In this document: positions 1-9,024 of the stretch, piece by piece
Numbering within the stretch: the first letter of the stretch is position 1
Layout of the letters: every line of letters starts with the position of its first letter
From: an uncultured bacterium
GTDB taxonomy: Bacteria > Zixibacteria > MSB-5A5 > CAIYYT01
Reading direction: 5' to 3'
Assembly: GCA_963726455.1 (NCBI GenBank)
Contig: CAVSCK010000001.1
Span: forward strand, 32,001-96,000
DNA: 64,000 nt
Notes under the pieces: model-generated
Told to the model about the DNA's origin: nothing
The model's input: only the letters and a program-made list of their open reading frames with translations
Database searches by the model: none
Position numbers and translations under genes: made by a program

Positions 1-1073
1 GCCCGAGCAAGTGCAGCTTTTGACGCGCCGCTTGAAGCATCTGTTGTCTCATGTAATGTAAGCTCACTGTCGGCGATTGTCTTCTGCGTGGCCTTGCGCG
101 CCACCATCAAGTCTTGTTGTGCCTGCGCCAACTCAGGACTATAGAGCGACAGCAACGGCTGTCCCGCTTTGACATATTGCCCGGTTTGATCGACGAACAG
201 GTCTCTCACCCAGCCGCTGGCGCGAATATGAACATTTGCAGTATGTGTTTCATCGGCCGTCACATAACCCGCAAGCCGCAGTTTGTTCGCGATGATTCGT
301 TGTTCGACTTCTCCGATGCGAATGTTGATTAGCTGCTGGCGCTCCGGCTCGATGGTCACGGTGACGAGTCCCGGAACGGTTCCAGTCGTTGTTGAATCGT
401 GAGTCGCTTGAGTTTCCGGCATAGACATCCCCGACATGTCTATTGCCTGACCGGAACTCGACACCGGTTCTGACACTAGTAACAACGTCATCCCGCAGAT
501 TGGACATGCACCCGGCTTTTCGGCCACAACCTGCGGGTCCATAGGGCACGAGTATTGTCCCGCCTTGGCTCCCGAGGTTGCCCCGTCTCCCGCGTTCGTC
601 TCCGGTTTCGAAACCAACTCCAGGTTCATACCACACTTAGGGCACTTCGACGGTTCATCCGAAACCACTTCCGGATCCATTGGGCACGTGTACTGTCCCG
701 GTTTGGCCTTGACCGTGGTGTCACTGCGCGCTCCCTGGCCCGCCATCGTCTTGGTCGAATCCGTCACAGTCGCGCTCTTGCCATTGTCGTTGATCGGTAC
801 CAGCGTCATGCCGCAGATCGGACACTCGCCCGGCTGATTGCTCACGTACGTCGGGTGCATCGGGCAGTGGTACATAACAGCGCTGGCCTGAGTCGACGAC
901 CAGGGCGTGGCGCCGAAATAGCTCAGCACCATGAAGAGAGCAAATATCGAAATCGCTCCCAGTATGATCCAGCGCACAATTGCCATCGTGTGAACGTATG
1001 GCGGGGGCGCCTCTACTCCTTCCGGCAGCGGCTCGTGCTCGTAGGGATTGTATTCCTCGTGTGGTTCTGACAT
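1..1073 (-). CDS. CusB-like RND efflux periplasmic adaptor with three heavy-metal-binding domains (runs off window; apparent frameshift at about 52-60)
   Basis: Not in ORF track. Hand translation from ATG 1073: MSEPHEE..., TM helix, YHCPMHP..CPICGM, YTCPMDP..CPKCGM, YSCPMDP..CPICGM, then [25 protein letters not shown]. Directly downstream of TolC gene. Confidence 0.85.
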   Translation of the reverse strand, partial: MSEPHEEYNPYEHEPLPEGVEAPPPYVHTMAIVRWIILGAISIFALFMVLSYFGATPWSSTQASAVMYHCPMHPTYVSNQPGECPICGMTLVPINDNGKSATVTDSTKTMAGQGARSDTTVKAKPGQYTCPMDPEVVSDEPSKCPKCGMNLELVSKPETNAGDGATSGAKAGQYSCPMDPQVVAEKPGACPICGMTLLLVSEPVSSSGQAIDMSGMSMPETQATHDSTTTGTVPGLVTVTIEPERQQLINIRIGEVEQRIIANKLRLAGYVTADETHTANVHIRASGWVRDLFVDQTGQYVKAGQPLLSLYSPELAQAQQDLMVARKATQKTIADSELTLHETTDASSGASKAALAR

Positions 1074-1077
1074 TTAT

Positions 1078-2392
1078 CTATCCTTGGTTTGATTGTTGCT
1101 TCCGCTCTGTAAGTCCGGAAAGTTGCGCCGGATCAGTCGTGTAACGTTCCACTTCTGCGATTGTCTTGGCGAGATCGGCATCAAGCTGATTTGCCGTCAG
1201 GCGATCGCGAAACATTGTAATCGCATAACTAAGTACCGTCGACAACGTCGCGCGATTGTTGATGTAGCCGGAGAATGCATTGCGATACGCTTCCTCGTCG
1301 GCGGGAATAATCCGCTCGCGATACAGGCCGGCGTTCTCCCGCAGATGAAGCGCGTCAAGATAACAGCATCTTAAGTCTGGTCGTAACATCGCGAGCCAAC
1401 TGCGCCGCCTCTGCATCGGTGCTTTGCTTCATCAGATCCATCGACTTACCCATCGCGCGCTGCTTGCGGCCGGAGAAAATCGGTAGCGACAAAGTTGCCT
1501 GGAAACCGACCATGTTGTCGCGCTGTTCCATCTCGGTGCTAAAGCGAAAATTATAGTTCGCAGACAGACCAAGCATCGGCCACTCCATCCGGCGCTCCGC
1601 TTCCGCAGAGAAGCCGTAGCTTTTCGCCTGTTCCGAGAGTTTCTGCAAGGGCGGATAATGCTCTCGCGCTGCGGCAATCCACGGATCAGCATTGGCAGGA
1701 AGCTGGATTGAATCGGGCGTCGCCGGTGCATACATCGGACTCTCGGTCGCCAGCCCCCGCAAGGTATTCAGATTATACTGGGCGCTTTCGACCTGATGTG
1801 ACGATGGCGTAAGTTGTGTTTGCAGCCGCCACAAATCGGCCTGAGCCGCGTAGACATCTTCCGGATTTGACTGGGAGGTTGCCACTCGCGACTTCACCGA
1901 CGCCACCACATCCTGCGATACCTCGATTTGCTTCATCAACAAATCGACGCTGCGCAGACTGTAATACAGATCGAAATATGCCAGCTTCGCCGCGGTGGCG
2001 AGTTCCAATTCAGAGTCATAACGATCCTGTGTAGCCGCTCGCGCATCAGCCAGCGCCGACTTCTTTTCGAGTCCCTTCTGGCCCGCGTAGGGGATATTCT
2101 GGCTCAATCCCACCATTCTCATGGTCATCGGGTCCATCTTGAAATCAAATGAGGTCGGCAGATTCACAACTCCGAGCATCAGCATCGGATCATCCCAGGC
2201 GCCGGCAGACCTGGCCTTGGATTTGGCGGCATCTTCCATATAGCGCATGGCAGCCAACCGATCATTATGCTGAATGACCTCGGAAATAACCTGTTTCAGA
2301 CTCAGACTATCAGCTGTAGATTGTGGCCGTACAGTGACCGGACTCGAGAGACTGAGGATTAGTACCATAAACACAGTAACCTTCCAATTCAT
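1078..2392 (-). pseudogene. TolC/CusC-family outer membrane efflux protein, split by an apparent 1-nt frameshift near 1362-1368 (possibly a sequencing artefact)
   Basis: ORF 1355..2392 has a signal peptide, WDDPMLMLG, SQNIPYAGQK and SLPIFSGRKQ motifs. ORF 1078..1416 supplies the missing C-terminal helices (LYRERIIPADEEAYRNAFSGY). Confidence 0.8.
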
Positions 2393-2691
2393 CTCTCCTC
2401 CTTACTGCAATCCGTATGCCGGACTGGTACAATCCGAGAATCTGCGATCTGACAACGGTTTACACAGGGAAAACATCGGTGCTGAACATTCTACGTCCAC
2501 AATATTGGCGAAATCTAGAGAATATTATTCAACAAGACAATCGGGAATTGGACATGTGAGCCTGCTCGGGTGGGTGGGCCTTTTCATTCTCAACGACTTA
2601 GCGAATGTTGCCTCGATGGGCACATAGATTGAACCGTACGAGGGTTAATGGTGTTATATCAGAAGGCAGAAGAAACAGAAAGGATTTAGAA

Positions 2692-3162
2692 ATGTTCAGA
2701 ACGGCAATCTACTTCACCGCATTGTTATCGATTCTAGCTTTCGGCTCGCTGCTCGCAGCCGACAGCACCAAAGTTGTGCCGGCTCCGTCGAAACCCAAAG
2801 AACTTCACGCGCAGGAGCTTTGCCCGGTCATGGGAAGCAAGATCGACAAGAAGATGTTCCTCGATATGCAGGGTCAGCGAGTGTACTTCTGCTGTGCCGG
2901 TTGCTCGGATAAATTCAAGGCAGACCCGGACAAATATTTCAAGCAGGCCGCTGCCGATGGCGTCGTGTTCGAAAACGTTCAGAAGATCTGTCCGGTCTCA
3001 GGCGAGAAGATTGACAAGAAGGTGTACTCCGACTGGCAGGGACGCCGAGTGTATTTTTGCTGCAAGAAGTGCCGCTCGCTGTTCCCGAGTTCACCAGACA
3101 AATACATTAAACAACTCGACATGCCGCCCGACAGCGTCAAGTGGGATAAGAGTATGATGTAG
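2692..3162 (+). CDS. Exported tandem YHS-domain metal-binding protein
   Basis: Signal peptide from ATG 2692 (AAGGA upstream); two CPVxG..ID......GxRVYFCC..C...F...PDKY repeats; divergent from the Cus-like genes. Confidence 0.85.
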   Translation: MFRTAIYFTALLSILAFGSLLAADSTKVVPAPSKPKELHAQELCPVMGSKIDKKMFLDMQGQRVYFCCAGCSDKFKADPDKYFKQAAADGVVFENVQKICPVSGEKIDKKVYSDWQGRRVYFCCKKCRSLFPSSPDKYIKQLDMPPDSVKWDKSMM

Positions 3163-3204
3163 TGCGCGCCCCTCACGTGATGCGCACCAAGTTCAAAGTT
3201 ACCT

Positions 3205-3250
3205 GACGGCCGGCAGTCATTCGATCGCCGGCCGTTATCTTCTATTTTAT
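3205..3250 (+). terminator. Probable intrinsic terminator after YHS gene
   Basis: Stem gacggccggc/gccggccgtt followed by a T-rich tract. Confidence 0.5.
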
Positions 3251-3340
3251 TCTAGACGTGGCAAGACCTTGTTCCGAGTTTTTTGATCTCGAATTCCACC
3301 TTCTCCGCTATTGTGACTCGCCGAAAGCTTCCGAAAGTAG

Positions 3341-3370
3341 TTGACAATCAACGACGCATTTTGCTATAAT
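3341..3370 (+). promoter_or_regulatory. sigma70 promoter of the radical SAM / precursor operon
   Basis: TTGACA-N18-TATAAT with extended -10 TGn. Confidence 0.75.
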
Positions 3371-3467
3371 GGGTCAGCGCCGGGACTCAATGGCAAAAAG
3401 TAGCTAGCAATTCATTCAGTGAGACACGCCCTCTTGTCTCATAGTGCCCTTTCTACCAGGGAGCATA

Positions 3468-4805
3468 GTGAAACCGTCACGCTACAACATCTTCGTAGAT
3501 ACGAACGACGGCAAGAAACTGGCATTCAACAGCGCCAGTGCCGCCTTGGCCGAGATCGAATCCGACAAGTTCCCCACGATTCAAAAGCTGCTCGACAATT
3601 CAGATTCCGCCGCCACGGCCGAGGAAAAGCAATATCTGGCGGCTCTCGGTCATGGCAAATATCTTATCGAAGACGACATCGACGAAATCACGCTGTTGAA
3701 AGTACGCAATAGCAAGAATCGCTTCTCCGGCAAAATCATCATGCTCACGATTGCACCGACGCTGGCGTGCAATCTTCGTTGCGACTACTGCTTTGTAAAT
3801 CAACAGGCCGTGCGCATGACACCGGAAACTGAGCAGGCGCTTTTGCGCTTCAAGGAAAACGAATTACAGCGTGCCGAAGGTCTCTCCATTACCTGGTTTG
3901 GCGGCGAGCCGACTTTGTGTCCTGACACGATCGAACGGCTGCAGGAAGGGTATCGGGAACTTTGTTCTCGTTACCAAGTCGAACTCTATCCCAGCGGTAT
4001 CGTGACCAATGGTTACTTGCTTGATGCCGCCATGTCATCCCGGCTTTCGCGTGCGGGAATCGCCAGCGCCCAAACAACGCTGGACGGCCCGGAGCGGATT
4101 CACGACAGCCGCCGTCGCCTGCAAAGCGGCAAGGGCACCTTCCAGAGGATCGTCGACAACATCGAGCAGTCGTACAATACGCTCAAGATATCGGTGCGCG
4201 TGAATGTCGATCGCGACAACATCAATTCCGCTCTCGAGTTGATGGAGTACTTGGATGACCGGAAACTCCTGCGGAAGGTCGGCATCCATTTCGCGCAGGT
4301 GCTGCCCTCTAAAGGCGCGTGTGCCGACATGCGCGACAACTGTTACTCCGAGCAGGAATATGCTCGGGAACAACTGCGCTTGTACCGGATGCTGATCGAT
4401 CACGGCTACAATCATATCAGTTACCCCAATCCTGCCGGTGGCGGTCTCTGTGCCGCTTGTTCCGACAATGCCTGGGTGGTCTCGCCGACCGGCGAACTGT
4501 TCAAGTGCTGGGAAGAAATCTCGGCCAACAGTAGTGACTCAGTCGGCTCGATCTTCGACCTGAAGACGGAATCGCACAAAACGTCCAAACTCAACAAATA
4601 TTTGGCCTGGAATCCCTTCGAAAAGTCAGATTGCGTTTCCTGCAATATTCTGCCGCTCTGTATGGGCGGCTGTCCGCAGCAAGCGCTGGAAATCAATTCG
4701 GAAAAGGCGGGAGCCTGCTGCTCCTGGAAGTATAACCTCGCGGAGATGCTTACGCTCCGCTATCTGTGTGACCAACAACAGAATCAGAAGGAGGTGAGAC
4801 AATGA
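3468..4805 (+). CDS. Radical SAM/SPASM peptide maturase with N-terminal RRE-like (PqqD-like) region
   Basis: CNLRCDYC, WFGGEPTL, TNGYLL, TLDGPERIHD motifs; SPASM Cys set C..VVSPTGELFKC..CVSCNILPLCMGGCP..C. About 85-aa N-terminal extension beginning KPSRYN. GTG start 3468 follows GGGAG. Confidence 0.9.
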   Translation: MKPSRYNIFVDTNDGKKLAFNSASAALAEIESDKFPTIQKLLDNSDSAATAEEKQYLAALGHGKYLIEDDIDEITLLKVRNSKNRFSGKIIMLTIAPTLACNLRCDYCFVNQQAVRMTPETEQALLRFKENELQRAEGLSITWFGGEPTLCPDTIERLQEGYRELCSRYQVELYPSGIVTNGYLLDAAMSSRLSRAGIASAQTTLDGPERIHDSRRRLQSGKGTFQRIVDNIEQSYNTLKISVRVNVDRDNINSALELMEYLDDRKLLRKVGIHFAQVLPSKGACADMRDNCYSEQEYAREQLRLYRMLIDHGYNHISYPNPAGGGLCAACSDNAWVVSPTGELFKCWEEISANSSDSVGSIFDLKTESHKTSKLNKYLAWNPFEKSDCVSCNILPLCMGGCPQQALEINSEKAGACCSWKYNLAEMLTLRYLCDQQQNQKEVRQ

Positions 4806-4903
4806 GATTCATCGAACAGCCAATGCCGGATGTTATCAACAAGTGCCCCATTTATCAATGGTGGTGTCCATTCGGATATTATCCGATCAGCCCGCGCGAC
4901 TAG
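4802..4903 (+). CDS. Putative RiPP precursor 1: MRFIEQPMPDVINKCPIYQWWCPFGYYPISPRD (33 aa)
   Basis: AAGGAGGTGAG RBS; ATGA overlap with the maturase stop codon; paralogous to peptides at 6300 and 6606. Confidence 0.85.
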   Translation: MRFIEQPMPDVINKCPIYQWWCPFGYYPISPRD

Positions 4904-4930
4904 TTAGCTCGCGGCGCTACTAAATCAAGT

Positions 4931-4978
4931 GAAGGAGTGCAGGGAAGTTCTCGACCGAGACGCACTCCTTCTTTTTTT
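4931..4978 (+). terminator. Conserved 3' hairpin / intrinsic terminator after precursor 1
   Basis: GAAGGAGTGC...GCACTCCTTC stem plus T7. Confidence 0.8.
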
Positions 4979-5044
4979 GAGTCGACATGAAAGCCGTCAA
5001 GCGCAATACCTGAATTCTCCGGATTGTCTTATATTGTTGAACGT

Positions 5045-6058
5045 ATGAACCCGACACGAATTGAAAAGCCCGAAATGGTCGCGTGGGAAATCACCCGCCG
5101 CTGCAATCTGACTTGTCCGCATTGTTACACGGCCGCCAGCGGCAAGGATTTTCCCGAATTATCGACGCAGGAATGTCGCGCAATCATCGACGATCTCATC
5201 GCGCTCGGCACAGTCACTATCGGCTGGACCGGCGGCGAACCGCTGTTGCGTGATGATCTCGAGGAATTGATGATCTACGCCCGCGACAAAGGCGGCATTA
5301 AGTCGGGTGTTACCACCAACGGAGTCCTGTTGGATGAAAAACGCGCCCACTGTCTCAAGCAGGCGGGCGTGGATTCACTGCAAATCAGTCTCGACGGTTC
5401 CACTGCTGAAAGAAATCACCGCATTCGTCGCGCCACCGCCGAGGAATTCGAGAAAACTCTGGCCGCCATCCACATTTGTGCGCCACTCGGTTTTCGCCTT
5501 TGTATCGCCACAGTGTTGGGAAAAGAGAATCTTGATGACGCTTGGGAGATGCTCAAGCTTGCGCATCGCGAGGGTGTCAAGTATTTCCGTTTTTGCGGCT
5601 TTGTGCCGGTTGGTCGTGGCAAGCACAATAGTTCGTTGGAACGTCTGCTGTTCGACTCCGACCTTTTGGAAATCCGGAAATTCGTTGATGAGGCCGCGGC
5701 TCTCGATCATCCCAAAGTTGCGTTCGATCCCGCCTTCGGCCCATTGGCGCCTCGCTATGACTTCCATGTCTGCAATGCCGGCGTTCACACTTTCTATCTG
5801 AATTGCCTCGGTGACGTCTATCCCTGCACTTCGCTCCTGAACAAGCGCTTCATCGTGGGAAACATCAAGGAACGTCCACTGGCCGACATCTGGAACGATC
5901 CAAAGATGACGGAAATCGCTCAATTTCTGCGCGATCAAATACGTGGCGAATGCAGCAGTTGTCGCCATTTCCACAGTTGCCGGGGAGCTTGCCGTGGCAT
6001 CACCTATGCTCACACCGGCGACCTTTTCGCTTCGTTTCCCATGTGCCTCAAGTGGTGA
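5045..6058 (+). CDS. Radical SAM/SPASM protein (NirJ/Ahb/PqqE-like, no RRE); possible second maturase
   Basis: WEITRRCNLTCPHCY, WTGGEPLLR, ISLDG; SPASM CNAG..GDVYPC..CSSCRHFHSCRGACR..C. Start at ATG 5045 or TTG 5024. Confidence 0.88.
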   Translation: MNPTRIEKPEMVAWEITRRCNLTCPHCYTAASGKDFPELSTQECRAIIDDLIALGTVTIGWTGGEPLLRDDLEELMIYARDKGGIKSGVTTNGVLLDEKRAHCLKQAGVDSLQISLDGSTAERNHRIRRATAEEFEKTLAAIHICAPLGFRLCIATVLGKENLDDAWEMLKLAHREGVKYFRFCGFVPVGRGKHNSSLERLLFDSDLLEIRKFVDEAAALDHPKVAFDPAFGPLAPRYDFHVCNAGVHTFYLNCLGDVYPCTSLLNKRFIVGNIKERPLADIWNDPKMTEIAQFLRDQIRGECSSCRHFHSCRGACRGITYAHTGDLFASFPMCLKW

Positions 6059-6128
6059 TCACTGCCTCTTTGACCCGGTCTTCAGGCGAGACGGAAGCCA
6101 AGTTTCAAGCGGTCGAACCTCTTTCAAA

Positions 6129-6157
6129 TTGACTTCGCTTAATGAGATCTGTATTAT
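6129..6157 (+). promoter_or_regulatory. sigma70 promoter for precursor 2
   Basis: TTGACT-N17-TATTAT. Confidence 0.75.
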
Positions 6158-6299
6158 ATCTGAGTTAACATAGACAAATAGTCGCAGTTGGAGTCATCGT
6201 TTGCCGATGCCTCCCGCACCTAATTGCAGCCATAAAACAGGAGCGCACGACGTTCCGATTCTAATGGATCTCAGGCAAACGGAAAGGAGGTGAGAAAGA

Positions 6300-6401
6300 A
6301 TGAAGTTCATCGAACAGCCAATGCCGGAAGTCATAAACAGTTGCAACATGTTTAAACCCTTTTGCCCGATACGGTATTACCCGATCAGTCCCCTGGTCTG
6401 A
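6300..6401 (+). CDS. Putative RiPP precursor 2: MKFIEQPMPEVINSCNMFKPFCPIRYYPISPLV (33 aa)
   Basis: AAAGGAGGTGAG RBS; colinear with precursor 1 (same leader, Cys15, Cys22-Pro, YYPISP). Confidence 0.85.
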   Translation: MKFIEQPMPEVINSCNMFKPFCPIRYYPISPLV

Positions 6402-6427
6402 TTGGCCCGTGGTGTCTCGAATGTAGT

Positions 6428-6470
6428 GAAGGAGTGCACGGAAGCTCTCGAATAAGACGGCACTCCTTCT
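6428..6470 (+). terminator. Conserved 3' hairpin after precursor 2
   Basis: GAAGGAGTGC...GCACTCCTTC, same outer stem as 4931-4971; weak U-tract. Confidence 0.7.
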
Positions 6471-6487
6471 CGTAAGCGAAACACGGC

Positions 6488-6516
6488 TTGACTTAGACGC
6501 ATTCGTTGACTATTAT
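6488..6516 (+). promoter_or_regulatory. sigma70 promoter for precursor 3
   Basis: TTGACT-N17-TATTAT, same hexamers as 6129-6157. Confidence 0.75.
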
Positions 6517-6605
6517 TCAAACATCGAACTAGAAGACATCGCGTTCCAGAGCACATGATGCTCTCATTTTCTGGGCCTGTCAAATGAGTGAAAGGAGGTG
6601 AGATC

Positions 6606-6701
6606 GTGAGATTTATCGAACAGCCGATTCCGGAAATCCTGAAGCCGCCGTCATGCATTCGCTATTGCAAGTTATTCTTCCCGATCCTTCCGCCGTGGTA
6701 G
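6606..6701 (+). CDS. Putative RiPP precursor 3: MRFIEQPIPEILKPPSCIRYCKLFFPILPPW (31 aa, GTG start)
   Basis: AAAGGAGGTGAG RBS; same leader, two Cys, FFPILP tail; double TAG stop. Confidence 0.82.
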   Translation: MRFIEQPIPEILKPPSCIRYCKLFFPILPPW

Positions 6702-6729
6702 TAGCCGATGCCGAAGCAGAATTGAAATC

Positions 6730-6777
6730 CAAGGTGTGCCTCAGTCGCTTGAAGGCGCGGGGCACTCCTTGTTTTGT
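6730..6777 (+). terminator. Conserved 3' hairpin / terminator after precursor 3
   Basis: CAAGGTGTGCC...GGCACTCCTTG plus TTTT. Confidence 0.7.
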
Positions 6778-6812
6778 CAGTAGAATGAATTTGCCTTCGT
6801 ACTTGGTTGGTC

Positions 6813-7139
6813 TTAGTACCCGCAAACCAATCGCCACTCGATCGTATCCCCTGCAGATGGCATGAACTGATCGCAGGCTTCCTGCGCGGGCTTGCGGTTA
6901 ACGAAATATAGCCAGAAAGCCGTTCGCGTCTGCGCAACACTGTCGATTGACTTTACGAACACTCCGGCAGCCGTAGAATCCACTTCTACCGGCCAATGCT
7001 CGCGAGTCTGCGTCAGAACCGATGTTCCGGCCTTGGCAACGAATCCCTGCGCTCTGAGAATCTGTGGCTCGTGGCTGCATGAAATGATCAGCAATGCCGC
7101 CGCAGCTAGCAGCAGAACTGTCCTGGCGAAGTTCGACAT
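6813..7139 (-). CDS. Small lipoprotein, DUF4430 / transcobalamin-C-terminal-like
   Basis: Lipobox LLIISC; GVFVKSIDS..FWLYFVN..A......GDTIEW motif. Confidence 0.7.
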   Translation of the reverse strand: MSNFARTVLLLAAAALLIISCSHEPQILRAQGFVAKAGTSVLTQTREHWPVEVDSTAAGVFVKSIDSVAQTRTAFWLYFVNRKPAQEACDQFMPSAGDTIEWRLVCGY

Positions 7140-7248
7140 GCGTCGATTCTACGTGCACATCCTCTCTGGCGCAACGCGTTTTTGAAGTACCGGCCACTTA
7201 AAGCTTGACCATCCGGCTTCGGCGGGTTAAGTTGCACCCCTGAGCATT

Positions 7249-8367
7249 ATGGCAAATAACGAGTTACTAAGAATCGACGGGAGTTTCGGGGAAGGCGGCG
7301 GCCAGATCCTCAGGACGTCCTTATCATTATCAACCTTGCTCGGTCGTCCTGTCGAAGTCGTCAATATTCGCAAGAACCGCAAGTTTCCGGGACTGATGCC
7401 GCAGCACTTGACGGCGGTCAAGGCCTGTCAGACGATTTGCGAGGCCAAAGTCACCGGCGCCGAGATCAATTCCGAACGACTCGAATTTACGCCGGGAAAG
7501 ATTCGTTACGGCAATTACACGTGGGATGTAGCCGAAAGCAAGAAGTCTGCCGGCGCAGCAACCTTGGTGCTGCAAACGGTTCTGCTGCCTTTATTGTTCG
7601 CCCGCAATGAATCTAATCTGACTATCAAGGGCGGTACTCACGTTCCCTGGTCGCCACCGGCTACGTATCTCAAACAGGTATTCCTGCCGGTGCTCGGCTT
7701 GATGGGTTGCCAGACTTTCCTGAAGATCAATCGTTGGGGTTGGTATCCTGAAGGCGGCGGTGATATTTCGTGCCGTATTCGTCCGATTGACAAACTGCAG
7801 CCGCGCCAGTTTGCCGAGCGTGGTAACTTGCTCAAGCTATACGGTCTCTCCGCAGTCTCGAATGTTGGCAACAACGTCGGCGACCGGCAGATGCGGGCGG
7901 CGCAAAAGCTGCTCAAGGCGGCAAATCTGGATGCGGAAATCCGCGTCAAGGAAGTTCCGGCTTCCGGCAAAGGGTCGCTGCTGTTTCTTACGGCGGAGTT
8001 CGAAAACGGCCGCGCCGGATTCACGACACTGGGCGAGAAAGGCCTCCCTGCGGAGAAAGTCTCCGAGGCGACTGTAAACGAGTTGAAAAACTTCCTCGGC
8101 AAATCGGTCTGCCTCGATCACTATCTCGCCGATCAATTGATCCCATACGTGGCGCTTTGCCAAACCCGCATCGAAATGAACGTCTCCAAAATCACAAATC
8201 ATCTGCTCACCAATCTTTGGGTGGTGAAACGATTCCTGCCGATTCAGTACGATCTCAAAGGACCGCTCGGATATCCCGGAACTTTGATTATCGAACCGGC
8301 TCCACCACCGCCGCCACCACCACCTCCTCCGACTGAAACGCCTGCTGAGACTCCGGCGAGCAATTGA
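7249..8367 (+). CDS. rtcA: RNA 3'-terminal phosphate cyclase
   Basis: [43 protein letters not shown] motifs. Confidence 0.95.
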   Translation: MANNELLRIDGSFGEGGGQILRTSLSLSTLLGRPVEVVNIRKNRKFPGLMPQHLTAVKACQTICEAKVTGAEINSERLEFTPGKIRYGNYTWDVAESKKSAGAATLVLQTVLLPLLFARNESNLTIKGGTHVPWSPPATYLKQVFLPVLGLMGCQTFLKINRWGWYPEGGGDISCRIRPIDKLQPRQFAERGNLLKLYGLSAVSNVGNNVGDRQMRAAQKLLKAANLDAEIRVKEVPASGKGSLLFLTAEFENGRAGFTTLGEKGLPAEKVSEATVNELKNFLGKSVCLDHYLADQLIPYVALCQTRIEMNVSKITNHLLTNLWVVKRFLPIQYDLKGPLGYPGTLIIEPAPPPPPPPPPPTETPAETPASN

Positions 8368-8434
8368 TATATCGTCTATCTGCAAATTTGGTTGTCGACA
8401 TAACGACTTCTCAGCATCAAATAGGGAGGACGCT

Positions 8435-8851
8435 ATGAAAAGTTTCCGCAAAGAACTTTTGTTCGAAACGCCAACGCGCCGCCAGCTCGTGAACATCACT
8501 CCCAAGGTCGAGGCATGTTTACGCGAAAGCGGCATCAGCGAAGGCCTGCTCCTTTGCAACGCCATGCACATCACCGCCAGCGTCTTCATCAATGATGACG
8601 AGTCCGGCCTGCACCAGGATTTCGAGGCCTGGCTGGAAAGACTGGCGCCTGAAAAACCGCATTCCCAGTATCGCCACAACGGCTTCGAAGACAACGCCGA
8701 CGCGCATCTCAAGCGTACGATCATGGGACGGGAAGTCGTAGTTGCCGTCACCGATGGCAAGCTGGATTTCGGTCCCTGGGAGCAGATTTTCTACGGCGAA
8801 TTCGACGGCAAACGCCGTAAGCGAGTGTTGGTCAAGATTATCGGCGAATGA
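8435..8851 (+). CDS. yjbQ: YjbQ/UPF0047 family protein
   Basis: [35 protein letters not shown] motifs. Confidence 0.92.
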   Translation: MKSFRKELLFETPTRRQLVNITPKVEACLRESGISEGLLLCNAMHITASVFINDDESGLHQDFEAWLERLAPEKPHSQYRHNGFEDNADAHLKRTIMGREVVVAVTDGKLDFGPWEQIFYGEFDGKRRKRVLVKIIGE

Positions 8852-9024
8852 TACTCTTATGCGTGCCTCAGGCATGGGTATCGCATTCGCTTCTCGCCAC
8901 TCCAAATGTGATTGTTCCCCATTAATCCGCGCCGTAATTGTACTTGACGCTCATCTCCAAGTGAGACATTGCGTATATGAAATACAGTGTTCGATTCTAA
9001 CGTTCAAGTATGGAGGTCACTCTT

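Noticed and set aside
6399-6401. Selenocysteine or pyrrolysine recoding at precursor stops
   Set aside because: Stops differ among copies (TAG, TGA, TAG-TAG), no recognisable SECIS, and downstream frames diverge.
4802-6701. Peptides as type I toxin-antitoxin toxins
   Set aside because: Pro/Cys-rich with no transmembrane helix, coupled to a SPASM maturase, and no antisense promoter-terminator unit seen.
4790-6777. Three-copy repeat as a CRISPR array
   Set aside because: Irregular spacing, repeats are coding or terminator sequence, and no cas genes are present.
6377-6940. ORF-track ORFs of 70-93 aa around the precursor genes
   Set aside because: Shadows of the short peptide genes and DUF4430-like gene; no RBS; they cross promoters and terminators.
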